A DNA stretch of 64,000 bases from an uncultured Gemmataceae bacterium (GTDB taxonomy: Bacteria > Planctomycetota > Planctomycetia > Gemmatales > Gemmataceae), in contig CAVVPN010000011.1 in assembly GCA_963750165.1 (NCBI GenBank), positions 288,001-352,000 of the forward strand, in the 5' to 3' direction. Under the pieces are notes generated by a model. That model was not told where the DNA came from, searched no databases, and worked only from the letters and a program-made list of their open reading frames with translations. Positions within the stretch are counted from its first letter, which is position 1, and each line of letters starts with the position of its first letter. A program made the position numbers and the translations under genes. Positions 9,755-20,205 of the stretch are shown piece after piece.

Positions 9755-10839
9755 ATGGCTGGCGCGGCCCGGGAACGACTCGGCTTCCTCGATGCCGCCC
9801 GCGGGCTGGCGGCCCTGCTGGTGGTGGCGGAGCACGCCCTGGGCGAGTGTTTGCCGGACTACCGCGGCTGGTCGGCGGCGCACGTGAACCTGGGCCGGGT
9901 CGGCGTCGTGCTCTTCCTGCTGGTCAGCGGCTTCATCATCCCGGTCAGCCTCGAACAGGGCGGCTCCCTCGCCCGCTTCTGGCTGCGACGGTTTTTTCGC
10001 CTCTTCCCCGCCTACTGGCTGAGCATGCTGCTGGGCTACGTCTTTCTCCGCTGCGGCGGCGAGTTCGGCTGCGGCTTGGCGCTCGACGCGACGGGCGACT
10101 GGCTGCTAAACGCGACCATGTTGCAGGGCTTCTTTCGCCGCCCTCATGTCTGGGGCGTTTTCTGGACGCTGCAACTGGAGCTGGTGATTTACGCGGCCTG
10201 TTCGCTGCTGTTTGTGGCCCGGCTGCTGCGCTGGGCGGGCCAGATCGCCGGCCTGGCGCAGCTGGGCTACCTGGTGCTCGGCCTGGGCCGGTCGCTGCTG
10301 GAGGGCAAGCCCTTCGGCGTGCTCGGGTCGCGCTTCCTGTACTTCGCGCCACTGCTGGGCCTGGTTGCGCAGCGCCACTGCGCCAGCCTGCTGCGGTGCA
10401 GCCGGCTGCTCACCCTGCTGGGCGGACAGGTTCTGGTGGTGATGGCAGTCTGGGCGGTCAACCACGCTCTGTTCCCCCGGGACATGACTGCCGATTGTCT
10501 GCGCGAACTGGCCTGCGAATGGGGGATCGCGTTCGTCTGCTTCGGGCTGCTGCTGGGGTCGCGCCGCGGACGCACGCCCGCCGTGGCGTGCTGGCTGGGG
10601 CGGATCAGCTACTCCGTTTACCTGCTGCACGCCTTCGTGCTTTATCTGCTGCTGCCGCTCAACTGGCCGTTTTGGGTCTTCCTGCCGGCGGTGTTCGCGA
10701 GTACGTTACTGCTATCGGAGCTGGTGTACCGCACCGTCGAGGCGCCGGGCATCACCCTGGGCCGGGCCCTGGAGCGGCGCTGGCTGCGCCCGGCAACGCC
10801 GGCAGCCGTGGCCGCGTCCCCGTGCGCCGGGCTGCGTAG
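9755..10839 (+). CDS. Acyltransferase family 3 (OafA-like) membrane protein
   Basis: LDAARGLAALLVV..H, FLLVSGF, RRFFRLFPAY, WTLQLE, GRISYSVYLLH; probable true stop TAG at 10839 after a frameshift. Confidence 0.85.
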
Positions 10840-10957
10840 CGCCGGCAGCACGGAACAGGATTTGCCTCCTGGGAATGCAATTTCCTCATCCATTGCCGAC
10901 ACCCACCAGAGCATTGCGCCTGGCGGACGGTCGCTTTCCTCGGACGAAGGCAGCAGC

Positions 10958-12520
10958 ATGGCCGACATCGTCATCATCAACCCTCGCTTCGAGATGTCCT
11001 TCTGGGGCCTGGAGTGCGCGCTGCCCATGCTCGGCAAGCGGGCGAACCTGCCCGTGGCCTGCCTGCCGTTGCTCGCGGCGCTGACGCCCGCCGAACACAC
11101 CGTCACGCTCCTGGACGAGAACGTTGAGCCCATCGACTTCGACCGCCTGGCGCGGGCGGACCTGGTCGGCGTCACCGGCATGAGCGTGCAGCGCTTCCGC
11201 ATGCGCGAAATCTTGACGGAACTGAAACGCCGCGGCGTCTTCACGGTGGTCGGCGGCCCGTGGGTGACCGTGCAGGAGGATTACTTCGAACCGCTGGCGG
11301 ACGTGATCTTCATCGGCGAGGCGGAAGAGACGTGGCCGCGCTTCCTGGCCGAGTGGAAGGCGGGCCAGCACGCGCGGCGCTACGAGCAGGCCGACAAGAG
11401 CGACATGACCGCGGTGCCGACGCCGCGCTTCGATCTGCTGAAGATGCGGCACTACGCCTTCGGCAGCGTGCAGTTCTCGCGCGGCTGTCCGTTCCAGTGC
11501 GAGTTCTGCGACATCATCGTCACCTTCGGCCGCCGGCCACGATTGAAGACCAGTGCCCAGGTGCTCGCCGAACTGGAAGCGCTGCTGGCCCAGGGCATGA
11601 ACATCGTGTTCATCGTGGACGACAACCTGATCGGCAACAAACGGGCCATCAAGCCGATTCTGCGCGACGTGGTGGCGTGGCAGCAGGCGCACGGCTTCCC
11701 GTTCGTGCTCTTCACCGAGGCGTCGCTGGACCTGGCGGACGACCCCGAGTTGATGGCGCTGATGGTCGAGGCCAATTTCCTCAGCGTGTTCATCGGTGTT
11801 GAGAGTCCCAACGAGGCGTCGCTGCGCGAGACCAAGAAGTACCAGAACGTCCGCAAGGGTGGCACGATCCTGGAGCGGCTGCACCGCATTCAGCGGACGG
11901 GGCTGGAGGTGTGGTGCGGCATGATCGTCGGCTTCGACCACGACGGCCCGAGCATTTTTGAGGCACAACGCAAATTTGTGCAGGACGCGCGCATTGCGCA
12001 TGTGATGCTGGGCATGCTGCACGCCATCCCCAAGACACCGCTGTACGACCGCCTGGCGGCGGAGGGCCGGCTGGACCCGAACGACCGGCCGGAGCACGGC
12101 ACCAACGTTATCCCGCGGCAGCTGACGCCGGCCGCCCTGCGCGACGGCTACGTGCGCGTCTTCAACGACCTGTACGAGCCGGAGGCGTATTTTCGGCGGC
12201 TGGAGGAGTTGTACCTGGAGGAGAACGTGCCGTACTGCCAGGGGCAGAAACGCTGGTGGCGCACGCGGCCGTGGCAGCGCTGGAAGACGTTCGCGATCGA
12301 CTGGGCGCGGGCGGCGGGGATGTACTGGCGGCTGATGTCGGGCGTGCCGGACGCGGGGCTGCGGCGCGAGTACGGCAAGCGCGTGCGTCGCTTCCTGCGC
12401 CGCCGTCGCGACCCGGCGCTGCTGGTGTACTACATGGTCAAGTGCGCGATGCACTACCATCATCACACGATGGCTCGCCAGCTGGCCAACGGCGCCGGGC
12501 CGGTGCTGAATTCGTTTTAG
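10958..12520 (+). CDS. B12-binding radical SAM protein (DUF4070 / HpnP-like superfamily)
   Basis: MADIVIINP start, B12-binding region with VVGGP, SRGCPFQCEFC CxxxCxxC motif. Confidence 0.88.
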   Translation: MADIVIINPRFEMSFWGLECALPMLGKRANLPVACLPLLAALTPAEHTVTLLDENVEPIDFDRLARADLVGVTGMSVQRFRMREILTELKRRGVFTVVGGPWVTVQEDYFEPLADVIFIGEAEETWPRFLAEWKAGQHARRYEQADKSDMTAVPTPRFDLLKMRHYAFGSVQFSRGCPFQCEFCDIIVTFGRRPRLKTSAQVLAELEALLAQGMNIVFIVDDNLIGNKRAIKPILRDVVAWQQAHGFPFVLFTEASLDLADDPELMALMVEANFLSVFIGVESPNEASLRETKKYQNVRKGGTILERLHRIQRTGLEVWCGMIVGFDHDGPSIFEAQRKFVQDARIAHVMLGMLHAIPKTPLYDRLAAEGRLDPNDRPEHGTNVIPRQLTPAALRDGYVRVFNDLYEPEAYFRRLEELYLEENVPYCQGQKRWWRTRPWQRWKTFAIDWARAAGMYWRLMSGVPDAGLRREYGKRVRRFLRRRRDPALLVYYMVKCAMHYHHHTMARQLANGAGPVLNSF

Positions 12521-12647
12521 AGTCGTCATGCCGCGTTGCGGCACCCAGAGATCATGAAAATGGGGGGGCGAGTGGGCCTATGCTAACGGACCGCCACCGG
12601 CCCTGGGGAAGGTCGTCTTTGAATCGCTTGGTGCCTTGAGCCCGCGT

Positions 12648-12971
12648 TAGAGTGGTTCACGCACGGTTTGCGCACAAGTGGCGGCGGGCACGGGCTGACC
12701 TCCAGCGGCCTGCGCTGCCACAGCAAGGGGGCCAAGGGGGCCAAGGGGGCCAACTTTTTCACACGTCGAGATTTGGCGCCCTGGCCCCGTGCGGTTGGCA
12801 CGGCGCGACAACCACCGGAGGCGGTTGCCACAGCAAGAACGCCAAGAACGCCAAGGACGTCAACTTTTTCACACGTCGAGATTCGAGCCTGGGAGCGGCT
12901 CGCGCAGTTTGCAGGACGGTTCGGGAGCACGGGCCTGCCCTTCGTGGTCCACACAACTGCGAACCGCGCTA
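12648..12971 (+). mobile_element. MITE-like element containing two copies of a ~55-bp core
   Basis: Ends TAGAGTGGTTC / GAACCGCGCTA are imperfect inverted repeats; cores at 12717-12771 and 12827-12881. Confidence 0.6.
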
Positions 12972-14100
12972 GGGTTTGGTGGTGACGAAGGGGTCGAGCC
13001 AGACGGCGTGGGAGCCGAAGCAGCGGCCCGTTTCCGTGTAGGTGCGCAGTTCCAGAATGGCAACGCGGCTGACGTCCACGTTGAACGCCTGCGTTACCTT
13101 GTGCTCCCGCATCGCGTCTGAGCGCCACAGCACCTTACTGTCCCCCCAGGATGACAAACCGGGTCGGGTTCGGCTTGTGATGCGGCTCGTCTTCGCTGAG
13201 GGCCACCGCGCCTTGCACCGACAGGGCGTGCCCGTCCAGGAAGTAGCAGACGCGCGTGTACGTGTTATCGGGCGGGACCAGGCTCAGCCCCTTGGGATAG
13301 GTCTTGCCGACCACCAGAATGATGCCGCCGTCCTTCTGCCAGATGGTGCCCAGCTTGCCGCCCTTGGCGAACTTCCAGCCGTGCGGCCCGGGCTTGACGG
13401 CGAACTCTGGCAGGTCGCTGAGGAACACCTTGGCACCGGCCTTTTGCAGTTGGTCATCTACCTGATCCGGCACCTGGATCGGGAGTTCCGCGACTTCCTG
13501 GCGGACGGCCGGGTCGCCGGGTTGCTCCGCATTCTGCGGTGGCTCCTTTTTGGGTCGCTTCTTCGGCGGTTGCTTCTGGTGCGGTGGCCCTTGCCTCTCG
13601 GGAGGACGCTCGCCCGGGGGGCGCTGGGCCGCAAGGGGCGGTTGTGTCGGCGGCGGTGCCAGGGCCGGGACAAGCGTGTTCAGCACCGCAGCCACCAGGC
13701 ACGGCAACAGCATCAGCGCCAGGAGCAGAACGGAGCCGAGGCACCACAGGGCTGAGCCGGGCAGAAAGTCAGCGCCCTGCTTGGGTCTGCGGGCCTTGGT
13801 GAGGTTCAGTACCAGGGCCGAGCCGCCAATGGCCAACAGGCACACCACGAAGATACCCACGTCGATGAGGATGAACACCAGCGCGTAAGACTCCTGGGTG
13901 GGGTCGCGCCCCTGGGCCGACAGGAACGCACCTACCAGCAAGCCGGTCAGGAGCGACAGCGGCAGCGGCACCATCAGCAGGCCGCCCAGAATGTGCGCGG
14001 GCGTCCCTCGTAGGACGCGATTACTGCCCACGGTGATGTCGCCCGTCACCACGACCAGGAGGCCGAGCAGCAGCAGGGCGACCTCGATCACACAGATCAT
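12969..14100 (-). CDS. Membrane protein with Pro-rich linker and C-terminal NPCBM/NEW2-like domain; frameshift in G run near 13143
   Basis: 4 TM segments, then VFLSDLPE..GKTYPKGLS..RFVILG, continuing in ORF 12969..13157 (DSKVLWRS..VDVSRVAILELR..HAVWLDP). Confidence 0.7.
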
Positions 14101-14275
14101 GGCGGGAGTCCTCGTTGGGCCATCGCAAGGCGCGGGCACAGTCGGTGGAAAGATCCAGGAACGGATTGTCTGACCTGAGGATATGAATGATCGATGCCGG
14201 ATACAACTCCGTCACCGGACCGCATAATTCCTGCTGTGGGCGACAGGTAGCTGTCCAGGCTGTTGCTGGGGTACA

Positions 14276-14580
14276 AGAGCGGTTCACACTTGGTTTGCGC
14301 ACAGCCTGTGGGACGGCTCTCCAGAGCCGTCCTTGTCTCGGAGACGGCTCTGGAGAGCCGTCCTACGGGGCGTGATCCACGCGGCTGTGAACCGCTCTGG
14401 AGCGGTTCACGCACGGTTTGCGCACAAGTGGCGGCGGCCACGGGCTGACCTCCAGCGGCCTGCGCTGCCACAGCAAGAATGCCAAGAACGCCAAGAACGC
14501 CAACTTTTTCACACGTCGAGAATCGGCGCCTGGCAGCGCCGGCCTGCCGTTCGTGGTCCACACCACTGCGAACCGCGCTA
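14276..14580 (+). mobile_element. Two abutting MITE-like elements: 14276-14398 with REP-like hairpin cargo, 14399-14580 with the 55-bp core
   Basis: AGAGCGGTTCAC...GTGAACCGCTCT followed by GGAGCGGTTCAC...GCGAACCGCGCTA; core at 14467-14521. Confidence 0.6.
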
Positions 14581-14864
14581 AACGCTTGAAAGCCGGTCAG
14601 TTCCTTGTCGGCGTGGTAATCCTGCTCCGCCAGTTTCGCCGCGGCGGCCAGAACGGCCTGTCGTTGAGCACGCGGCATGCGCCACAACTCGGCCGGAGTC
14701 TGGCGGCCCGCAGAGAGCGGTTGCTTCGCGGTGGTGCCAGGCCGAGACGTTGGCTCCAGAATGAGGACAATCGCCTCGACCTTGTCGCCGCGCCGGCAAG
14801 GCAAATCCGTCAAGTGCCACTCGCCATCAGCCTCGACCGTCGTCTCGACACGGACTGCGTTCAT
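14578..14864 (-). CDS. Small hypothetical, antitoxin-like protein (~95 aa)
   Basis: GGAGAG RBS; MNAVRVETTVEADGEWHLTDLP..GDKVEAIVLI beta-rich N-terminus; protein-like text ends at the repeat boundary. Confidence 0.55.
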
Positions 14865-14915
14865 CGTGGTCTCTCCGGGATCGGGCAGCGACATGGTATC
14901 AAACGGCGCACAGCG

Positions 14916-16934
14916 TCACTTCCGCTGCAGCGCCTGCTCCGCCCCGGCGACCGCGTAAATCTGCCGCGTCGCCGCGAACGCCTGGCCGTCGCCGCCCACC
15001 AGCGTCAACGGCGTCGGCGCCAGCAGGCCGAGCGCCTGCGGTACGTCCAGCGTCCGCAGCACGCCGAGGAAGATCGGCCCGTCCTTGTGCGACGCCGGCG
15101 GTTCCACCGCGACGACGCCATCGACCTCTGGCACAAACAGCGCCGCGTAGGCGCCGATCACGCCGGCCTGGCCGCGGCCGACGACGCGCCACTGCCCCGC
15201 AGCTTTTTCGCCGTTTCGGGCGGCCAGGGCGCGCAGCACCGCGGCCACATCGTAGACGCGGCCCTGATCGACCGTGCGGCCCAGCAGCGCATGGGCGCGC
15301 TCGACGTAATTGGGCGGTGACTGCTTCGTCCACGCTGTCGCCCCGACGCCGCGCGGCGCCAGCACGATGGCGGTTCGGTCCTGCCGTACATGCGCTTCCG
15401 CCCACGCCGGGATGCCGTTCAGCGTTTCGCCCGGATTGAGCACGATCAGCGTGCCGCCCTTGTCGCCCTTCTGCCACTTTTGCGCCACCAGCGCCTCGAC
15501 CTCAATGTTCGCCTCGGTCGTGAAGCGGAGCAGCTTGTTGGGGCTGTCCTTCTGCACCGCCGCCGGGATTTCCTGCGGAAACGCACGGAACGAGCGCTCC
15601 CGCAGTTGCCGCAACAATCCCTTTTTCCACGCGGCAAAGTCGCCCTTCGCGGGCAGCTGGACCGCTGCCCGCGGCACGAATGTCTGATCGATTTTCAGGT
15701 TGAGCGCGTCGGCGGGGATGTCCCTGTCCTCGGGGAAAACGCGCAGTTCACGGCCGGGCAGCGGTTTGAAGTCCGCGTCCTTGACGGGGCCGGTGTCGTT
15801 TTTCAGGTGCTTGTTGAGGAAGCGAAACACAGCCACGCGCAGGTCCGGCCGGTAATTGTGGTCGCCGACGCTGACGTACTCATCGACCAGCTCCGGCTTG
15901 CCGTGGAGCTTGTAGAGGTTGCGCAGCCGGGCAATGATGCGGCGGTTGCCGTCCATCGGGAAGATGCGGTCGTTGTCCGAGTTGGCGAACAGCAGCGGTC
16001 GCGGCGCCACCAGCGCTAAAATCGTCGTCCACTCCCAGCCGTAATGGTTGATCGCGAACATGCAATCGCAGTGGCCGTTGATGACCTTGTTTTTCACATA
16101 ACTTTCGAGATCGCTCATACCGCTGACCGGCACCGCCGCCTTGACGCGCTCGTCCGCGGCAGCGATCCAGCAGGTCGTGGCGCCGCCGCCGGAAATGCCT
16201 GTGACGCCGATGCGCTGCGGGTCCACGTCGGAGCGCGTCAGCAGATAGTCGATGACGCGGATGCCGTTCCAGCACTCGACGCCCGCCGGCGTGTAGCCCG
16301 CCGCCTGCCACCAAAAGCGATTCTCCAGCACGTCCCAGCCCTTGATGCCGTAGCCCTTCAGGTGCAGGTTCGGCCGGCCGTAGGTGCCGTGGTGGACGCC
16401 GGGAATCTCGCCGAGTTGCAGCGTGTCCAGGATGATGCAAACGTAGCCGTTGCTGGCGAACCATAGGCCGTGGTCCTGGAAGGCGCTTTTGTTGCCGTCG
16501 CGGCCTTTCCAGCTGTGGCCGCAGACGTAGACGATGGCCGGTAGTTTGCCCTTGATCGTCTTCGGCCGATACAGGTTGGCGGTGACGTACAGGCCGGGAA
16601 CGCTCTGGAAGTGCAACTTGTCGATGACGACACCGGTGTGCTCGACGCTGCCGGTGACGGTCGCCTTGAGCGGCGTCTTTTGCGGCAGCGGCCACAGGCC
16701 GAGCATGTCCAGGAACTCTTGCCGCAGCCGTTCACGCCGCTGCCGCCACTCCGGCAGCGTTTTGGCGCCGTCGAGGACGTGCTGGCTGAGGCGGTCGGTC
16801 TCGGCGGCGAGGTATTTTTCGATCATCACATCGCCGGGCGTGGGCTTCGGCGGCTGCTGGCCGCGGACGGGCAGTGCCAGGAACGAAGCCAGCAACAGGC
16901 CGACGGATAGCACAAGCAGGAGAGGTCGGGGCAT
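14916..16934 (-). CDS. Secreted alpha/beta hydrolase (acetylxylan esterase / dienelactone hydrolase-like, two domains)
   Basis: Signal peptide; VTANLYRP, CGH, GVTGISGGG nucleophile elbow. Confidence 0.85.
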   Translation of the reverse strand: MPRPLLLVLSVGLLLASFLALPVRGQQPPKPTPGDVMIEKYLAAETDRLSQHVLDGAKTLPEWRQRRERLRQEFLDMLGLWPLPQKTPLKATVTGSVEHTGVVIDKLHFQSVPGLYVTANLYRPKTIKGKLPAIVYVCGHSWKGRDGNKSAFQDHGLWFASNGYVCIILDTLQLGEIPGVHHGTYGRPNLHLKGYGIKGWDVLENRFWWQAAGYTPAGVECWNGIRVIDYLLTRSDVDPQRIGVTGISGGGATTCWIAAADERVKAAVPVSGMSDLESYVKNKVINGHCDCMFAINHYGWEWTTILALVAPRPLLFANSDNDRIFPMDGNRRIIARLRNLYKLHGKPELVDEYVSVGDHNYRPDLRVAVFRFLNKHLKNDTGPVKDADFKPLPGRELRVFPEDRDIPADALNLKIDQTFVPRAAVQLPAKGDFAAWKKGLLRQLRERSFRAFPQEIPAAVQKDSPNKLLRFTTEANIEVEALVAQKWQKGDKGGTLIVLNPGETLNGIPAWAEAHVRQDRTAIVLAPRGVGATAWTKQSPPNYVERAHALLGRTVDQGRVYDVAAVLRALAARNGEKAAGQWRVVGRGQAGVIGAYAALFVPEVDGVVAVEPPASHKDGPIFLGVLRTLDVPQALGLLAPTPLTLVGGDGQAFAATRQIYAVAGAEQALQRK

Positions 16935-16970
16935 GGCGGCAAGTCCTCGCGGGTAGTCCGGTATCCGTTT

Positions 16971-17258
16971 TCAAGGTTGTTGCGGCGGTTGGTCCGCGTC
17001 GGGTGGTTGCTCCAGGGCTTGAGGGTTTTCCGCCAGCCATTTTTCAAAGAGTTCCCGGCGCTCGATCTTGAATTCTAGCCGGACGTCGCCGCGACCGCCG
17101 CGAAGCATGGCGAACAACACCAGTGGGAACGGTTCCGCAGGGAACTCTTTTACCTTGCGGTGCGTGTAACAGTTCACGGGCGTGACTTACCGCGTGCCCT
17201 CCTGGATGATGACCTGTTCGCACAGGAACAGGCTAACAGCTTCAGGGCGGAGATTCAT
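16971..17258 (-). pseudogene. Pseudogene of a small conserved-looking protein with in-frame TAA at 17187-17189
   Basis: MNLRPEAVSLFLCEQVIIQEGTR*VTPVNCYTHRKVKEFPAEPFPLVLFAML reads continuously through one stop. Confidence 0.55.
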
Positions 17259-17369
17259 AAATGGCCCTCCGTAGCAAGCCGGCTTTTCCTCTGGCCCGTC
17301 TTTGTACCATAATAACAGACCCGCGGCGAAGCGGAAAAGAGTTCAAAATTCCTGGGAGGCACCACCGCG

Positions 17370-18380
17370 GTGGCACGTTCGGACGACACGGACCTCACCG
17401 CCCGTCTGCCCCTGCTCGTCACGGGCGTCACGGGCGTGGCGGGCTACAATGCCTTCTTCTACTTCCAGGGCCGCTACCCCGGTCAGGTGGTCGGCACACG
17501 GCCGCGGCGCACTCCCGGGCTGAAGGGCCCCGGCATCGTCGCGCTGGACGCGGAGGACGCCGCCGGGCTGCGGGCGCTGTTCCTGCAGCACGGCTTCCGT
17601 TCCGTGCTCAACTGCGTCGGTAACTGTGCGCTGAAGTCGTGCGAACTCAACCCGCAGATGGCCCGCGTGCTCAACGTCCACAGCGCCGCCGCGGTCGCGG
17701 ATTGTGCCCGCGCCTTTGGCTGCCGACTCGTGCACCTGTCGAGTGATCTGGTGTATTCCGGCGTCGGTGCCGGCAACTACGTTGAGACGGACCCGGTGGA
17801 CCCGGTGACGGTCTACGGCAAGACGATGGCGGAGGCGGAGCGGTTGCTCGCGGCGGCGTGTCCGAAGGCGGCGGTGCTGCGGATTTCGCTGCCGATGGGG
17901 CCGAGCTTCAACAAACACGCCGGCGCCATCGACTGGATTCAGTCGCGCTTTCGTGCCGGCCGGCCCGCGACGCTCTACTTCGACGAGGTGCGCTCCTGCA
18001 CCTACTGCGACGACCTGCACCCCGTCTTCGCGCGCTTCCTGGCGGGGGACGAGCACGGCCTGTACCATCTCGGAGCGCCGCGGCCATTGACGTTGTATCA
18101 GATCGCCCAGGTGGTCAACCGGGTCGGGGGCTACGACCCGGCGCTGCTGATGGGCATGCCGCGCTTCCAGGCGGGGCCGCTGCCGCCGCGGGCCGGCAAC
18201 GTCAGCATGTGCAGCGACCGGCTCGTCCGCCTGCTCGGCCGGCAGCCGTTCCACGCCTGGCCGCTGGGCGACGACCTGCAGCCGACCGACCGCGCCTGGC
18301 ACTTCACGCGGCCACCGGAACAGCCGGGCTCACCGCAGTTCCTGGCGGCGCGGCTTTACCAATACCCAATTACAAATTGA
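17370..18380 (+). CDS. RmlD-like NAD(P)-dependent SDR (dTDP-4-dehydrorhamnose reductase family)
   Basis: LVTGVTGVAG, LVHLSSDLVYSG, YVETDPVDPVTVYGKT. Confidence 0.85.
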   Translation: MARSDDTDLTARLPLLVTGVTGVAGYNAFFYFQGRYPGQVVGTRPRRTPGLKGPGIVALDAEDAAGLRALFLQHGFRSVLNCVGNCALKSCELNPQMARVLNVHSAAAVADCARAFGCRLVHLSSDLVYSGVGAGNYVETDPVDPVTVYGKTMAEAERLLAAACPKAAVLRISLPMGPSFNKHAGAIDWIQSRFRAGRPATLYFDEVRSCTYCDDLHPVFARFLAGDEHGLYHLGAPRPLTLYQIAQVVNRVGGYDPALLMGMPRFQAGPLPPRAGNVSMCSDRLVRLLGRQPFHAWPLGDDLQPTDRAWHFTRPPEQPGSPQFLAARLYQYPITN

Positions 18381-18390
18381 AAGAGGATTT

Positions 18391-18510
18391 CACCACAGAG
18401 AGCACAGAGAAAAGACGAAAGAGGATCCACAGATGACACAGAGGAACACGGATCAAGACATTTGAATTGGTCTTTATCTGTGTCATCTGTGTTATCTGTG
18501 GATCCTCTTT
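18391..18510. repeat. Intergenic hairpin with 9-bp periodic ACACAGA units between convergent genes
   Basis: GAGGATCCACAGATGACACAGA ... TCTGTGTCATCTGTGTTATCTGTGGATCCTC. Confidence 0.65.
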
Positions 18511-18516
18511 CAATTC

Positions 18517-20004
18517 CTAACGCGGCGCCGGCGTGTTGACGCCGGTGACGCCGACTACCTGTGCCTGCGGCTCGGTCATGTCGAGTTGCAGCGGCGACTG
18601 GGTCTCACAACGGCTGACGTTGCCTGCCAGGTCGATCGCTTCCAGGCGGATGTAGAACTGCGCACCCTGGTCGCGCGGGAACGTCCACGCATAGCGGCCG
18701 TCGTTCTTGAGGTGGTGGCAGATCGGTTGCCACGGCCCATCCTTGCTCGTCCGGTAGAAAAGGTGGATCGGCTCGGGGCCCAGGTTCTTGTCGCTGGCCG
18801 CCCAGCGAATCTCGATGGTGCTGCCGTTGGTCACCGGGTCCATCTCCTTGAGCTGCGTGTACGGCGGCGTCTGGTCCACCTCGATCCAGCTGGTCGGCTG
18901 GTCGCCGCGCGCCGGCGCCCGGCCGCCGAAGCCGTTGCCGTTGGTCACCACCAGCCGCAGGCCGAACAGGCCCTCGCCCGGCAGGTCGATCTCCACGGGG
19001 CTGCGGCGGTCGTGATCCTCGCAGACGCGCTTCCAGCTCATGCCGGCGTCGCCGGTCATCCAGATCTCCACCTTGCCGACGCCACTGGGGCCGACCTGAT
19101 CGATTTTGTAGTCCACCGAGGCGTGCGTGGTGTTCAGCAGCCGCTGCAGGGCGCCGTTGTGTTGGCCCGTCGGGTCCGCCACCGGCGCCGGCTTCTGCGC
19201 TCCGGTCTCGACACCGGTGGCCGGCGGGGAAACCGGGGTCTGGTAGGCGGCCTGCGTGACGCCCGGCGTCGGTGGCACCGCGGCGACATGGGGCACGCCG
19301 GGTGGGCTGGCGCTGCCGGGGCCAATCGGCCGGACGGCGGCCAGCACGTCCTTCAACGGCACGTCGCGCTGGACGACGTTTTTGGCCAGGTCGCAGGCGG
19401 CGACGCGCACGGGCCCGGACAGCGCACCCACGCTGGGCAGGCGGAAAGCGCCCAACTGGCCCGGGAAGGGATCCAGCGCGAACCAGACCTGGCCGGGGCC
19501 CTGGTAGGCGATTTTCAGACTCTGGTAATCTGGATTGGCGTCTTGCAGGACGCAGCGCAGACACGTTTCGCCGGTGGGCGCCATCCAGGGCTGCAGGGCG
19601 AACTGCGGCGGCTGGGTGTCCACGATGATGATGAGGTTGGGCGGCTCGCGGGTCACGTCCTTCGGGATGGCCTGGCCATCGCGGTCGATGGTCACCACGC
19701 TGAACCAGTATTCGCCGTCCTGTGGGGCGCGGAACGTGAAGCTGCTCTGCGTGGGCGGCACCGTAGCCTTGTGCAGCCAGTCCGTGGTGGGCGTCTTGAC
19801 GAACAGCCGCACTTCACTGACGTTGCCACGGTCCTGCGGGAGCATGTTGATGGGCAGGCTGAATTCGTGCCGCTTCGTGTACTGCTTCGCGACGGCGGGC
19901 GCGGCCGGCCCCTGGGCCGGCGCCGGGGCGGCGAACAACCCCGCCGCCAACACCGCCCCCCACACCGCCCGTGCGGTTCGCTGACAGTGTGACCTCATGG
20001 CCAT
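18517..20004 (-). CDS. Secreted beta-rich hypothetical protein (Ig-like modules)
   Basis: Signal peptide ending APAQ; repeated DGEYWF/EGLFGL and VDTQPP/VDQTPP/DLAGN motifs. Confidence 0.75.
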   Translation of the reverse strand: MAMRSHCQRTARAVWGAVLAAGLFAAPAPAQGPAAPAVAKQYTKRHEFSLPINMLPQDRGNVSEVRLFVKTPTTDWLHKATVPPTQSSFTFRAPQDGEYWFSVVTIDRDGQAIPKDVTREPPNLIIIVDTQPPQFALQPWMAPTGETCLRCVLQDANPDYQSLKIAYQGPGQVWFALDPFPGQLGAFRLPSVGALSGPVRVAACDLAKNVVQRDVPLKDVLAAVRPIGPGSASPPGVPHVAAVPPTPGVTQAAYQTPVSPPATGVETGAQKPAPVADPTGQHNGALQRLLNTTHASVDYKIDQVGPSGVGKVEIWMTGDAGMSWKRVCEDHDRRSPVEIDLPGEGLFGLRLVVTNGNGFGGRAPARGDQPTSWIEVDQTPPYTQLKEMDPVTNGSTIEIRWAASDKNLGPEPIHLFYRTSKDGPWQPICHHLKNDGRYAWTFPRDQGAQFYIRLEAIDLAGNVSRCETQSPLQLDMTEPQAQVVGVTGVNTPAPR

Positions 20005-20205
20005 TCCCCTTGGGCTTGGATTTTTTCTCCGAGTGAATGGGAAGGGGAATAACGATCGCGGAAGGTACTGTCAAGAGCAGTGTCGGCAACCGCAGGCGAG
20101 CTGGATGCGTCCGCCGGCTGAAGCCCGCTCACCAAAATCCTTCGATCCTCCGTTGGCCAGGGAACGAATACTGCCGAAGGTCCGAAAATCCCTCGGCGCC
20201 GGCGG

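Noticed and set aside
12717..12881. Two 55-bp repeats separated by 55 bp as a CRISPR mini-array
   Set aside because: Only two units, repeat too long and internally tandem, the spacer partly recurs near 44561, no cas genes in the window
14097..14577. C-terminal extension of the 265-aa ORF and other ORFs reading SKNAKNAK/LAFLAFL
   Set aside because: These are translations of the noncoding repeat family
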